Source of the DNA: Rhodospirillaceae bacterium
Lineage (GTDB): Bacteria > Pseudomonadota > Alphaproteobacteria > Rhodospirillales > Rhodospirillaceae
Reading direction: 5' to 3'
DNA: 64,000 nt
Assembly: GCA_963921305.4 (NCBI GenBank)
Contig: CAWUEX030000003.1
Span: 258,495 to 322,494, forward strand
A program made the position numbers and the translations under genes. The notes under the pieces are model-generated. The model had not been told where the DNA came from, ran no database searches, and worked only from the letters and a program-made list of their open reading frames with translations. This document shows positions 27,857 through 36,946 of the stretch, one piece after another. Within the stretch, counting starts at the first letter, position 1. Every line of letters starts with the position of its first letter.

Positions 27857-29017
27857 ATGAACACTTCCCTTCCCCTAACGGGCTTGCGCATCATCGAGTT
27901 CTGCCATGTCGCCGCCGGACCATTCTGCGGCATGGTGCTGGCCGACATGGGCGCCGATGTCATCAAGGTTGAGCCCCCTGGGGGCGACAGCCTGCGCACG
28001 TGGCCGCCAATCTCGGATGGGTTCAGCGAAAACTTTGCATCAGTAAACCGCAACAAACGCGGCATCGCCCTCGACCTTAAATCACCCGAGGACCTTGCCA
28101 TCGCCAGGCGGTTGATCTTGTCTGCCGATGCGGTGGTGGAGAATAACCGCCCCGGGGTGATGGACCGCCTTGGCCTCGGCTATGAGTCGCTCAAAGAAGA
28201 AAAGCCAGGACTGGTTTACGCCTCCATATCCGCGTTCGGACAACATGGACCGCGCGCACAAGACGGCGGCTTTGATGTCACCGTTCAGGCAGCCTCCGGC
28301 GTGATGAGTGTCACCGGCGACCCTGAAACCACCCCGGTCAAAGCCGGCGTACCGGTGTCGGACTTTGGCGCCGGGCTATACGCCGCGTTTGCGATCCTTG
28401 CGGTTCTGCGCCGCGTCGCAGCAGGCGGCCCAGGCGGACATGTAGATATGTCTATGTACGCCTCTAACCTGGCCTTCTCCGCCTTACAGACCAGCGAGTA
28501 TTTCGGCACCGGGAACGACCCTGTGCGCATGGGATCGCGCCATCCCCGCAACTCTCCTTACCAGGCTTATCCCGCAGCTGACGGACACTTCGTCCTCGCG
28601 GCCGGCAATAACAAACTGTTTGCGTCCGTGTGCGAGGCCATCGGCGAACCTCAGTTGACTGATGACGAACGCTTTCTCAACACCATGGACCGGGCGAGAA
28701 ACCAGCTCGACCTGGCAGATATTTTGGAGCCGATCTTCAAAACCAAGACCGTCGAAGAATGGCTGAAGATATTTCGCCCTCTTGGCGTTCCGTGCGAGCC
28801 GATCAATTCGTATTCCGCCGCGCTGTCCGATCCATTGGTCGAGCACTATGGCTGGGTCAAAGACTTAACGTTGCCGAACGGCCATAAGACAAAGACCTTC
28901 GCCAACGCGATTGTTCTAACGGGCGAAAAGGATGAAATTCGCCGCGCGCCGCCTCTCCTGGACGGAGACCGCGATGATATTCTCGCCGAGCTTGAGCAGC
29001 TGGAACGCGAGGCATAG
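27857..29017 (+). CDS. family III CoA-transferase (CaiB/BaiF family)
   Basis: LTGLRIIEFCHVAAGPFCGMVLADMGADVIKVEPPGGD signature. Confidence 0.85.
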   Translation: MNTSLPLTGLRIIEFCHVAAGPFCGMVLADMGADVIKVEPPGGDSLRTWPPISDGFSENFASVNRNKRGIALDLKSPEDLAIARRLILSADAVVENNRPGVMDRLGLGYESLKEEKPGLVYASISAFGQHGPRAQDGGFDVTVQAASGVMSVTGDPETTPVKAGVPVSDFGAGLYAAFAILAVLRRVAAGGPGGHVDMSMYASNLAFSALQTSEYFGTGNDPVRMGSRHPRNSPYQAYPAADGHFVLAAGNNKLFASVCEAIGEPQLTDDERFLNTMDRARNQLDLADILEPIFKTKTVEEWLKIFRPLGVPCEPINSYSAALSDPLVEHYGWVKDLTLPNGHKTKTFANAIVLTGEKDEIRRAPPLLDGDRDDILAELEQLEREA

Positions 29018-29025
29018 GCCAACCA

Positions 29026-29595
29026 ATGGCAACAACACGGCTCGATCAGTTCGTCGCGACACTCGAGGCCATAGTAGCTAGCAAGCCAACGGAGTCGGAC
29101 CTGCTGCCACGGTGCGGTGAAGCGCTCCAGCAATTGATTGGTCACGACGACTGGCTGCCAGAAACGCTTGCGGTTCCGCATCCCGACCACTACTGCCAAT
29201 ACTTGCTTTACCGGGATCCGGCGGCGCGTTTCTCAATTGTCAGTTTTGTGTGGGGCCCAGGTCAGGAAACCCCGATCCATGACCACCGGGTCTGGGGAGC
29301 AATCGGTATGCTGCGCGGCGCCGAAACAGGTACTGTTTATAAGCGGGATGCGGACACTGGCGCACTCACCGAAGGAGAAACCGCGCGGCTTGAACCAGGC
29401 ATGGTGGATTTTGTCTCGCCACGGATCGGGGACATTCATAAGGTCCGCAACGCGTTGGACGATGACATATCGATTTCGATTCACGTGTATGGCGCCGACA
29501 TCGGAGCTGTGGAGCGGCGCGTCTACGATCCCGCCACGGGTGAGGCAAAACCTTTTATCAGCGGCTACACCGCCCTGCCGAGCGCACCCTCATAA
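29026..29595 (+). CDS. cysteine dioxygenase type I-like cupin (thiol dioxygenase family)
   Basis: FVWGPGQETPIHDHRVWGAIGMLRGAE plus the later GDIHKVRN. This is the His-ligand pattern of bacterial CDO / 3-mercaptopropionate dioxygenase homologues. Confidence 0.65.
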   Translation: MATTRLDQFVATLEAIVASKPTESDLLPRCGEALQQLIGHDDWLPETLAVPHPDHYCQYLLYRDPAARFSIVSFVWGPGQETPIHDHRVWGAIGMLRGAETGTVYKRDADTGALTEGETARLEPGMVDFVSPRIGDIHKVRNALDDDISISIHVYGADIGAVERRVYDPATGEAKPFISGYTALPSAPS

Positions 29596-30990
29596 CTCAA
29601 ACTCTACACCGAGCCGCACTTGATGGCGCGTGTAGGAATTAAAATCAATTGAACTGTCGTTCTTGACGAACGAGTAGCTAACAAAAGGCGCCAATCCGGT
29701 TCCAGCGATATGGGGTGCCTTGATGTCCACGCCTGCTGACAAACGCCAGTCACGCCGTTTCGCAGCGAACGCTGGCTGTAGTCCCTCAAAATCCCGAAGC
29801 GCGACCTCTGGGCGCATCGTCGCTTGAAATCCCGAGCTCCAGCGATAAGCGTACGCCGCACCGAAGCGATAGATGGTATTGCGGAGGGGGCGGGCTGCGG
29901 AGTCTTCATGGGCGAGCCCGCCATAAACGTAAAAAGCGGATGACGGTGATCGTGAATGCGTAGCGCGCAGCGTTGCGGAGGCAACGATACCGTCTCGGTC
30001 ATCGAGCAGATCGTAAGACACATCTTGCACCGAGATCACACTAGAGATCTGCCAACGCGAATTGAGAGAATAGGCGGCAATACCCTGCCCGCCCCACGCC
30101 GTGCTCAGTTCAGAGCCACCGAACCAACGGCGATAGGCTATCGGCCCAAAGGTCAGCGATGCGTCAGATGAACTCCGTGCCAGCGTGACCTGACCTGTCA
30201 CCAGAGAGTCATCAAACCGATCTTGTTCGACATCTGTGTGGCTGATACCGCCGACAGCGCGGATATCCCATTCTTCAGAAAGCGACCACCGGTAGCTTCC
30301 CGTCGCAGAGACATTCGCGCCCCAGGCAGCACGCTCCTGAGCATCAGGTGACAAAGTGAAAGGCAGCCCGAAGAGAGTGACAGTATCCTGATCGGGCCCA
30401 GCAGACGCGTTGGAGTCGTATAGTGCAGAGGCGACAAAGGAAAAAGTCCACGGCTGGCGTTGACGTGTCGCCGCGATGAGGCGGTCGACATACCCGGAAA
30501 GACCATCTGACAGATCGCCTTTACGAATCTCTGCAAATTCGGTCCTGGCACGGCTGGCATCACCCATCGCCACCAGCAGCCGCGCCCGTTCGATCCGGAT
30601 GCGGATGAGATTTGGGTTTTCCTCTAATAAGTCGTCGTAAATACTCAGCGCCTGCGCATATTGCTGTTTTCGGATGGCAATTTGCGCTGCGAGGAATTTT
30701 TCCTGCCCAGGGTCGCCGGATCGCCCTTGAATCTGGGTCAGCACACTGAGCGCCTGATCTAGCTCACCAGCGACGATGAGCTGAGAAACAACAGATAGCG
30801 CTTGCTCAGGTGTTAAACGGAGAGAGCGTTGATCCACGCCTGGGCTTTGGTTTGAGTCTGGATTTTCAACGACGGGACCCTGACCAAAAGCTTTGGGAGA
30901 CGCAGCAAGGCCGGTGGCGACGAGGCTGGTGACGACGAGGCAAAAGAAAAGCGCTCTACCCGCTTTATGTCGCAAGTAGAGCGCTTCCAT
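29590..30990 (-). CDS. Slam-like outer-membrane translocator (N-terminal TPR + C-terminal DUF560-type beta-barrel; type XI secretion)
   Basis: Signal peptide, TPR-like repeats (QALSVLTQI..., YAQALSIYDDLLEENP..., GDASRARTEF), then alternating-hydrophobic barrel sequence to the C-terminus. Lies 24 nt downstream of a TbpB-barrel-like cargo gene and next to a TonB-dependent receptor. Confidence 0.6.
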   Translation of the reverse strand: MEALYLRHKAGRALFFCLVVTSLVATGLAASPKAFGQGPVVENPDSNQSPGVDQRSLRLTPEQALSVVSQLIVAGELDQALSVLTQIQGRSGDPGQEKFLAAQIAIRKQQYAQALSIYDDLLEENPNLIRIRIERARLLVAMGDASRARTEFAEIRKGDLSDGLSGYVDRLIAATRQRQPWTFSFVASALYDSNASAGPDQDTVTLFGLPFTLSPDAQERAAWGANVSATGSYRWSLSEEWDIRAVGGISHTDVEQDRFDDSLVTGQVTLARSSSDASLTFGPIAYRRWFGGSELSTAWGGQGIAAYSLNSRWQISSVISVQDVSYDLLDDRDGIVASATLRATHSRSPSSAFYVYGGLAHEDSAARPLRNTIYRFGAAYAYRWSSGFQATMRPEVALRDFEGLQPAFAAKRRDWRLSAGVDIKAPHIAGTGLAPFVSYSFVKNDSSIDFNSYTRHQVRLGVEFEL

Positions 30991-31014
30991 AGCTTGTGGA
31001 TAGAGGGTTGGCGC

Positions 31015-31758
31015 TTAGTCGGCTGACGCCGAAAACCCACCGAAGGCTTCTTCACCGTCGCCAGCGAGCGACCAGAGCCCAGAAGCACTTTCAGTCCCAG
31101 ATACCATGCCGGCAACAGAGCCTGTCATCAGCCCGTCGGCGGTTGCTGCATCGCCTGAGAACAAGGCCGTGTCATCAACGAACGATCCAACTGAAGAAAA
31201 ATCACGCCAGGCTGTGGAGCCAACAGCGACGCCCAATCCGTTTTCAGTCACTGTCTGCTGAGTCATGTTCATGAAGGCTGAGGCAACGGTGCCAGATGCG
31301 AAGTCAACGTCAACACTGACATCACCGTTCACGTCGAACGCCCCCTCATTGCTGATGACCGTTCCGGCCGCAAGACCCGTGAATGTCGCACTGCCAGCCG
31401 TTGGCAGCTCCGGGATCTAGCCTTCGATGTCAGATGCACCTTCGGTAACGGAGTCAAGCGGCGCACCGAACGCTGAAAACGCGATAATGTTCAGAAGGTC
31501 GGTTTGGGCGCGAGGCAAGTCAAGGTCGACAGCCGTCAAGGCGGACGAGCTGACGGAAACGACAAGAGTGTCCGCGCTCTGTTGGCTTTCAAATGAAGAA
31601 GGCTCGCGCGGAATGGCGCTCTCCGGAATGATCACGATGGGGGTATCAAAATTGCCAGCGACAGATTCCGAAGTAGGGAATGGGACAGTTTGAGCGGAGG
31701 CTGTTGTCGCGAGCGCCAAGGTCGCCGCCGACAAAGTGATGAGAGTCTTGTTAAACAT
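31015..31758 (-). pseudogene. Slam/T11SS-type cargo (Sec signal peptide + N-terminal domain + TbpB-like C-terminal beta-barrel domain), interrupted by one in-frame TAG at 31417-31419
   Basis: ORFs 31417..31887 and 31015..31332 are in the same frame. The only stop between them is the TAG at 31417-31419. The real start is the ATG at 31758 (MFNKTLITLSAATLALATTASA/Q), preceded by GAGGA. Sequence after the TAG (IPELPTAGSATFTGLAAG...DVSVDVDFASGTV...GGFSASAD) looks like the first and last strands of TbpB/hemophilin-type barrels. Confidence 0.5.
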
Positions 31759-31893
31759 GTTGTCGTCCTCGATGTGTACGCGGAAGCCGCACATTGAAGT
31801 GAGCGGTGTGGGGGCTTCCCTTACCCGGGCTGACCGCTCGATTGATTTGTCAGGGGTAGGTACGGAACGACGTTGAGGATGGTTCACATTAAC

Positions 31894-31914
31894 AACGTTT
31901 ATTTAAATAACGTT
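31894..31914. promoter_or_regulatory. AT-rich near-perfect palindrome AACGTT-T-ATTTAAAT-AACGTT upstream of the cargo gene (candidate metalloregulator operator)
   Basis: Read directly from the sequence. Lies in the 278-nt gap between the receptor stop and the cargo start. Confidence 0.3.
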
Positions 31915-32036
31915 TTGTGAGATGAGCCCGCAAAGAAATTAGTGCTTATGCGTTGTAGGGTCTAAGTATGAGCACCAAAGAAAAAGATGCTTTCGCGGTG
32001 ATCTAAAATTGATTCTGTCTTCGTATGTTTAAGAAG

Positions 32037-34169
32037 TCAGAACGTGGTGCGAAGTCGAAATCCTGCGATGTAGCCGCGTTCTTCGTCACGGAATTCTGTT
32101 CTCTCCACAACACCATTGGCTTGGCTCGGATTGAAGATCGTTCTCTCGCGCCGCGTATTGACCTCAAGCAGGTTCGCCCAAAACACGCGTAGTATCGTGC
32201 CGGCCCTTAGGGTCTTCTCGAAAAAAATCCGAGCATCAAGCGATGTGGTTTTCCGGTCAAACTCGTTGAAATCACTCTCGATTGTGGGGCCATTCTTGGT
32301 GACATCGAAGCCATAAGACAAACCCCAGTCTTGAATGTCGTGCCGCCCCTCTAATTTGAGTTCGTAATCCTTAAGATTGCCGATCTTCCGTTTTTGACCA
32401 GTGAAGGGATCGGTAACACGAGAGTCTTGCACCAAGACTGAGCCGCTTAACACGACGTCAGCATCTGTGAAGCGGGCAAAGCGAATGCTCGATTCAAATT
32501 CCGCGCCGTAATGAGATCCGTTCCCCAAGTTTCCTGGTTGGGAGTCATCCAAGCCCAATGGGATAAGGTCTTTGACGTCATTAATCCGGCGATAAAACAC
32601 GCGGCCATTGATAACCCCTGCCCCATTTGCGAGCCGATGCTCGGCTCCGACTTCAAAGTCCCACGACTTTTCCGGCACCAAGTCGGGATTACCTGCAAGG
32701 ACTTCGTTATCCTCGCGGTTAACTGTGGCCACGAAGTCATCGAAGTCTAACTGTCCGACATCTCTTCTAAACGAGAACCAGACTTGCGATGCCTGGGTCG
32801 GGTTGTACCAGATGTCCAGACTGGGTTTGACAAACTTCAGACTGCGCTCGGAGCTAACATCACTGCCAATTTGAGTCAGCCAAGAAAACTCAGCCGCCAG
32901 CCCGGTTTCTATTTCGATGCCATTGATCGGCTTCCAGCTGTGGGTCGAGAACGCTTCAACACGATCTTCTGTAATCTTCTGATCGCTGTTGATGATCGGC
33001 ACGTTAACGGGCACGCCATCGACGATCACACTGAAGTCCAGATCCTTATCGAGTGTATTGATGGCCCCTTCCACTCCGACCTCGAGATCATGTTTTTCGG
33101 CCATCTTCCAGTTAAAAGTGCCGCGCAGAATCTTTTCGGTAGATGTTTGTTCACGCGCATCTGACCCTGTCGGCACTTCGACATCGCTAAGGATGTCAAA
33201 GTTTTCGTTATTCCGATCTGTCGTACTCCGCGAGTAGATAAACAAACCGGTGAAGTTTACCTTTTTGCTGAGCGGTTGGGCGTAGTCACCGCTGATCTCC
33301 CACGTCGTGTCATCACCACGGATATTGTCGATAAACGTCCCTGTGTTAAGGAGTGATCCGTCGCCAGGATCAACAAAGGAAACCGTTGTATCCTGATTAT
33401 CTCTGGGAAAATGATTGATGAGGCCGTTGAGTTGAAAAACTTGGTTCGCTTCGCCTGAATAGGTAATCGAGCCTCTTGCCTCGATCTGCGACTGGTCTTG
33501 CCGCCGTTCCTCTTGAATGAGTGCAATTCTGTTCCCCGCAGAATCGACTAGGACATCAACCACATCCGTGGGCGTTAATCCGGGCCTTAGAGATAAAGAC
33601 CCATTGTAATCGATCTGGCCCGCCGTTCCGCTGTAGGAGAGCGTGCCCATGGGGCGATACTGATCGCTCGGAAAATAAAATACGCCGGCCTGGGCGACGC
33701 CACTGCCCCGCCCCGCCCCCTCTTTGAGGACAACATTGATGACGCGCACGCCGACATCGGTATCGAGTTCCCGGACATTACCTGTGATCAATTCGATGCG
33801 TTCAACCGACTTCGCAGGAAGGCGCTCCAGGAAGGATGAACTTTGGTTTTCTTTGCCGGTTAAGCGCTTTCCATCTATGAGAATCTGATCGGTGTTGGAC
33901 CGCAGCCCGCGGCGCTCCTCTTGGTCATTGCCAAATCCACCAACCAGCCCTTCGGCCCCGGGAATACGGTTGATCATATCTTCGGCGGTGATTGGATTGT
34001 ATGGCGCGAAGTATTCGGCATCATAGACGACCACAGATGCGGTATCCGCCTCGTCCCGGGAGCGCACCTCGGGCTCTTGCGCGAATACCGGATAACTTTG
34101 GGTCGCTGAAAGAAGTGTCAGATACAGGCCAGAGATGGCCACCAAACCCCTGTACATCATGGGATACAT
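32037..34169 (-). CDS. TonB-dependent outer-membrane receptor
   Basis: Signal peptide, plug region, long beta-barrel, terminal aromatic residue (GFRLRTTF). Start uncertain: ATG at 34169, or GTG at 34193. Confidence 0.85.
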   Translation of the reverse strand: MYPMMYRGLVAISGLYLTLLSATQSYPVFAQEPEVRSRDEADTASVVVYDAEYFAPYNPITAEDMINRIPGAEGLVGGFGNDQEERRGLRSNTDQILIDGKRLTGKENQSSSFLERLPAKSVERIELITGNVRELDTDVGVRVINVVLKEGAGRGSGVAQAGVFYFPSDQYRPMGTLSYSGTAGQIDYNGSLSLRPGLTPTDVVDVLVDSAGNRIALIQEERRQDQSQIEARGSITYSGEANQVFQLNGLINHFPRDNQDTTVSFVDPGDGSLLNTGTFIDNIRGDDTTWEISGDYAQPLSKKVNFTGLFIYSRSTTDRNNENFDILSDVEVPTGSDAREQTSTEKILRGTFNWKMAEKHDLEVGVEGAINTLDKDLDFSVIVDGVPVNVPIINSDQKITEDRVEAFSTHSWKPINGIEIETGLAAEFSWLTQIGSDVSSERSLKFVKPSLDIWYNPTQASQVWFSFRRDVGQLDFDDFVATVNREDNEVLAGNPDLVPEKSWDFEVGAEHRLANGAGVINGRVFYRRINDVKDLIPLGLDDSQPGNLGNGSHYGAEFESSIRFARFTDADVVLSGSVLVQDSRVTDPFTGQKRKIGNLKDYELKLEGRHDIQDWGLSYGFDVTKNGPTIESDFNEFDRKTTSLDARIFFEKTLRAGTILRVFWANLLEVNTRRERTIFNPSQANGVVERTEFRDEERGYIAGFRLRTTF

Positions 34170-34272
34170 GCTACCTGGGATTCGCCCTTTCACCTATGCG
34201 GAATAGGTGTGATGTCGAGGGGTGGACGTGTAAGGTCGGCAGCACTCGGATGCAAAAAAGTGGATCAGCACG

Positions 34273-34788
34273 ATGAAACTCAGCCAAATGGTGCGCGCCG
34301 CGCTCCAAGTGTCAAATCTGGATCAATCCCGGGCGTTCTACAGTGAAGTTCTTGGCCTCACGGAGGTCTACAGTGAAGGAACAGCGCAAGGCGGCAATAT
34401 GCATGACCTCATTGGCATGCCGGACGGCGTGACCACCCGGGTGTGCATCTTGAAGCAGCCGGATTTCACCGCCTACGGAATGGTAGGCCTGTTCGAGGTT
34501 ACTAACCCCTCACCCCCCAAGATCGAGCGGCCCAGTCAGGGCTCGAACATCGGCGAGCTTTGTATGGTGTTTTATTGCAGCGACCTGGATGAGGTGATCC
34601 AGCGCGCAGAGAAACATCCGCATACCATTATTTGCGCACCGGTCCGGTTGCGGGTTCGGGGTTACGTCAAGCAACGGGAAATGGCGATGCGTGGCCCGGA
34701 CGGCGAAAAAATCAATCTGATCGAGTGGGATCCCGACAAAGCCATTGAAGGGGACCGGCCCGAGAAATGGAAAGGGGAGCCGGAGTAA
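34273..34788 (+). CDS. VOC (glyoxalase/bleomycin resistance/dioxygenase) family protein
   Basis: VSNLDQSRAFYSEVLGL N-terminal beta-alpha-beta motif. 171 aa. Confidence 0.7.
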   Translation: MKLSQMVRAALQVSNLDQSRAFYSEVLGLTEVYSEGTAQGGNMHDLIGMPDGVTTRVCILKQPDFTAYGMVGLFEVTNPSPPKIERPSQGSNIGELCMVFYCSDLDEVIQRAEKHPHTIICAPVRLRVRGYVKQREMAMRGPDGEKINLIEWDPDKAIEGDRPEKWKGEPE

Positions 34789-34798
34789 GCGGCTCCCC
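34774..34798. terminator. 9-bp GC-rich hairpin between convergent genes (possible bidirectional terminator)
   Basis: Stem ggggagccg / cggctcccc with a 7-nt loop that contains the VOC TAA stop. There is no clean U-tract on either side. Confidence 0.35.
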
Positions 34799-34824
34799 TG
34801 GTAAACGGCTTTGGTTCGCCCGAC

Positions 34825-36636
34825 TCAGAAGGCGTAGGACAAGCGGCCGATAACGGCGTTGTCTTTGCCATCGGAATAGTCGATCGACCCTTGGTAGCTG
34901 ACCTCTAGCGAAAGCCGATCACTCACGAGCGCAATCCCGGCATTCGCGGCAATCCGGTCATCAGAGGCGTTGCCGCGGCCAACGGATACGAGTTGGCCAG
35001 TGGACGTTTGAATCGTGGTGCCGTAGCCGACCTTGTCCAATTCTTTTTCATAGGCGACGCGCACCAAAGGAACGATACGCATACCATCGGACGAGTAGGT
35101 TCCGCCGAGCTCCACACCGATGGAACCGATAAGACCACTGGAGCGCTGATCCAACACCGTCAAATTCAGCATCGCAGCACCTGTTTCTTCGTAGGCGCTA
35201 ACGTCGCTGGACACGAAGCGCACACCGGCAAAGGGCGCGGCCCGAAACCCGCCGGTCTCGAAGGACCAGCCCGCTTCGGCATTGATCATGGCGCTTTTGC
35301 CACTCGTGTCACCGAGCGCTTCGGGACGGGGTGTAAAGAGAGTGTTGCGGACCGTGTCGTAGCTCTCGGAACTCAATGCGGCGCTGAGATCCACGAACAT
35401 GCCGCTTTCGCCGTTGAAACCGACGTAGGCTGATCCGCCGAAGGAATCGATATCTGCCTCGCCGCCGCCAACGAGTTCGATTTCGCCGGAGCCGTAGGTT
35501 GCAGAGGCACCGACAACCCAGCCCGAGCCAACGACCTTGTCGACACCAATCGTGATCATGTTGAGGTCGTAGTCGAAGCCGTTCAGGCTGGCCCGGTCGT
35601 CCCGGTCACCACTGCCGTGACGGTAAGACACATACACATTGGCCGGCGCGGAAGACCCATTGCTGGTTGACCGCACGGTCATCAGCCGTTGTTCAATAGA
35701 CTGGCGATACCCATCCATGACGATGTTGCCGAAGTAGGACGTTGACGCGACAACCCGCGGCTGTTCAAACATCGCCAGCGTCGCCTGGGCAAATTCGGCA
35801 ACAATACTATGCGCTGCCCGGGTCGGGTGGATGGCGTCCCAAAACAGGGCCGCGTCTGCTGCCGCATCGGTCGGGCACGCGCCGGTCGGCTGCGCCAGAC
35901 CGTCCAGACACGGTATGGTGACGTTGGCGAACCCGTACACGGCCGGATTGGCGATCACGTCATCGAACAGACCTTCGATGTCCATGATGAAGATTTGCAC
36001 GCCAAGCGATTGCTCAAGGCCAATCAGGGTCGTGTGTAAGTTGGAGTTATAAAAGGCCGCCAATTCATTCAGGCTGTCGGCCAATCCGGTTGCCGCCCCG
36101 CCCGGCGTATTGCCGAACTTGGGCAAATTCGGAATCAAGAAGGTATCTGCCCCGAACGCGTTCAGCGTACCAATCGCCGTACCGATGTTGGTGATGACCG
36201 TATTGGTCAATACAGAAGGCGGCGTGGTTGCGGCATTACGCAAAAAGTCGTTGTTGCCCGCCCAGACGATCGTCAGGGCGCCAGCGGGCACTGTGCCACC
36301 GCCGCCGACAAACCCGTTGACCTGATTGCCCACATCGATCGCGTTTGTTGTGCCCGTCTCGGCACCGGCAATCGCAAAATTTGTCGCCTGCACGTAGGGA
36401 AAGCCAAGCGCGGGCGCCAAGCTCTCAACCCAGACCGGACCGTTTGAAACGCGCCCATTGAAATAGGGCGGACTGGGCGGATTGGTGCCACCGGTCAAAG
36501 CGAACAGATTGCCTGAGTCGGACAGACTGTCGCCGAACACATACAGTCCGGAAAATTGCTGCGCGGCTGCTGGTTGAGCGACGCCAGCGAACCCAAGGGC
36601 CAACACTGACAAAAGCAATGTCTTGGTTCGTGTCAT
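34825..36636 (-). CDS. autotransporter with SGNH/GDSL lipase-esterase passenger (EstA-like)
   Basis: Signal peptide. GDSLSDSGN (block I), AGNNDF (block III), DAIHPT (block V). C-terminal autotransporter barrel ending GRLSYAF. Confidence 0.85.
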   Translation of the reverse strand: MTRTKTLLLSVLALGFAGVAQPAAAQQFSGLYVFGDSLSDSGNLFALTGGTNPPSPPYFNGRVSNGPVWVESLAPALGFPYVQATNFAIAGAETGTTNAIDVGNQVNGFVGGGGTVPAGALTIVWAGNNDFLRNAATTPPSVLTNTVITNIGTAIGTLNAFGADTFLIPNLPKFGNTPGGAATGLADSLNELAAFYNSNLHTTLIGLEQSLGVQIFIMDIEGLFDDVIANPAVYGFANVTIPCLDGLAQPTGACPTDAAADAALFWDAIHPTRAAHSIVAEFAQATLAMFEQPRVVASTSYFGNIVMDGYRQSIEQRLMTVRSTSNGSSAPANVYVSYRHGSGDRDDRASLNGFDYDLNMITIGVDKVVGSGWVVGASATYGSGEIELVGGGEADIDSFGGSAYVGFNGESGMFVDLSAALSSESYDTVRNTLFTPRPEALGDTSGKSAMINAEAGWSFETGGFRAAPFAGVRFVSSDVSAYEETGAAMLNLTVLDQRSSGLIGSIGVELGGTYSSDGMRIVPLVRVAYEKELDKVGYGTTIQTSTGQLVSVGRGNASDDRIAANAGIALVSDRLSLEVSYQGSIDYSDGKDNAVIGRLSYAF

Positions 36637-36946
36637 AACGAAGCACCTTCTTGGCTGGAACGGTCAGGCTACCTAACCGCACGTTTCAAGTGACTGTCTT
36701 CATTCAGTAAATCACAGATTGTTGGGTTTGAAAATTCCCCAGAACAGCACTCAGAATGCGAAAAGCCAAGGAAATGCAGGTATCTAGACGAGATACGCTG
36801 TCGTCCGCGTTACGGTATGGAAGCGAAGATCAGGGAAAGTGCGCAATGCTCATCAAGCGACTCCCGTATCTCCGTTTGGAGATTGGCGTGATCCGGCGAA
36901 CTATCGTAAAAAGAACAGTAGGTATTGAGCTGAAGAGAGATGAGCC

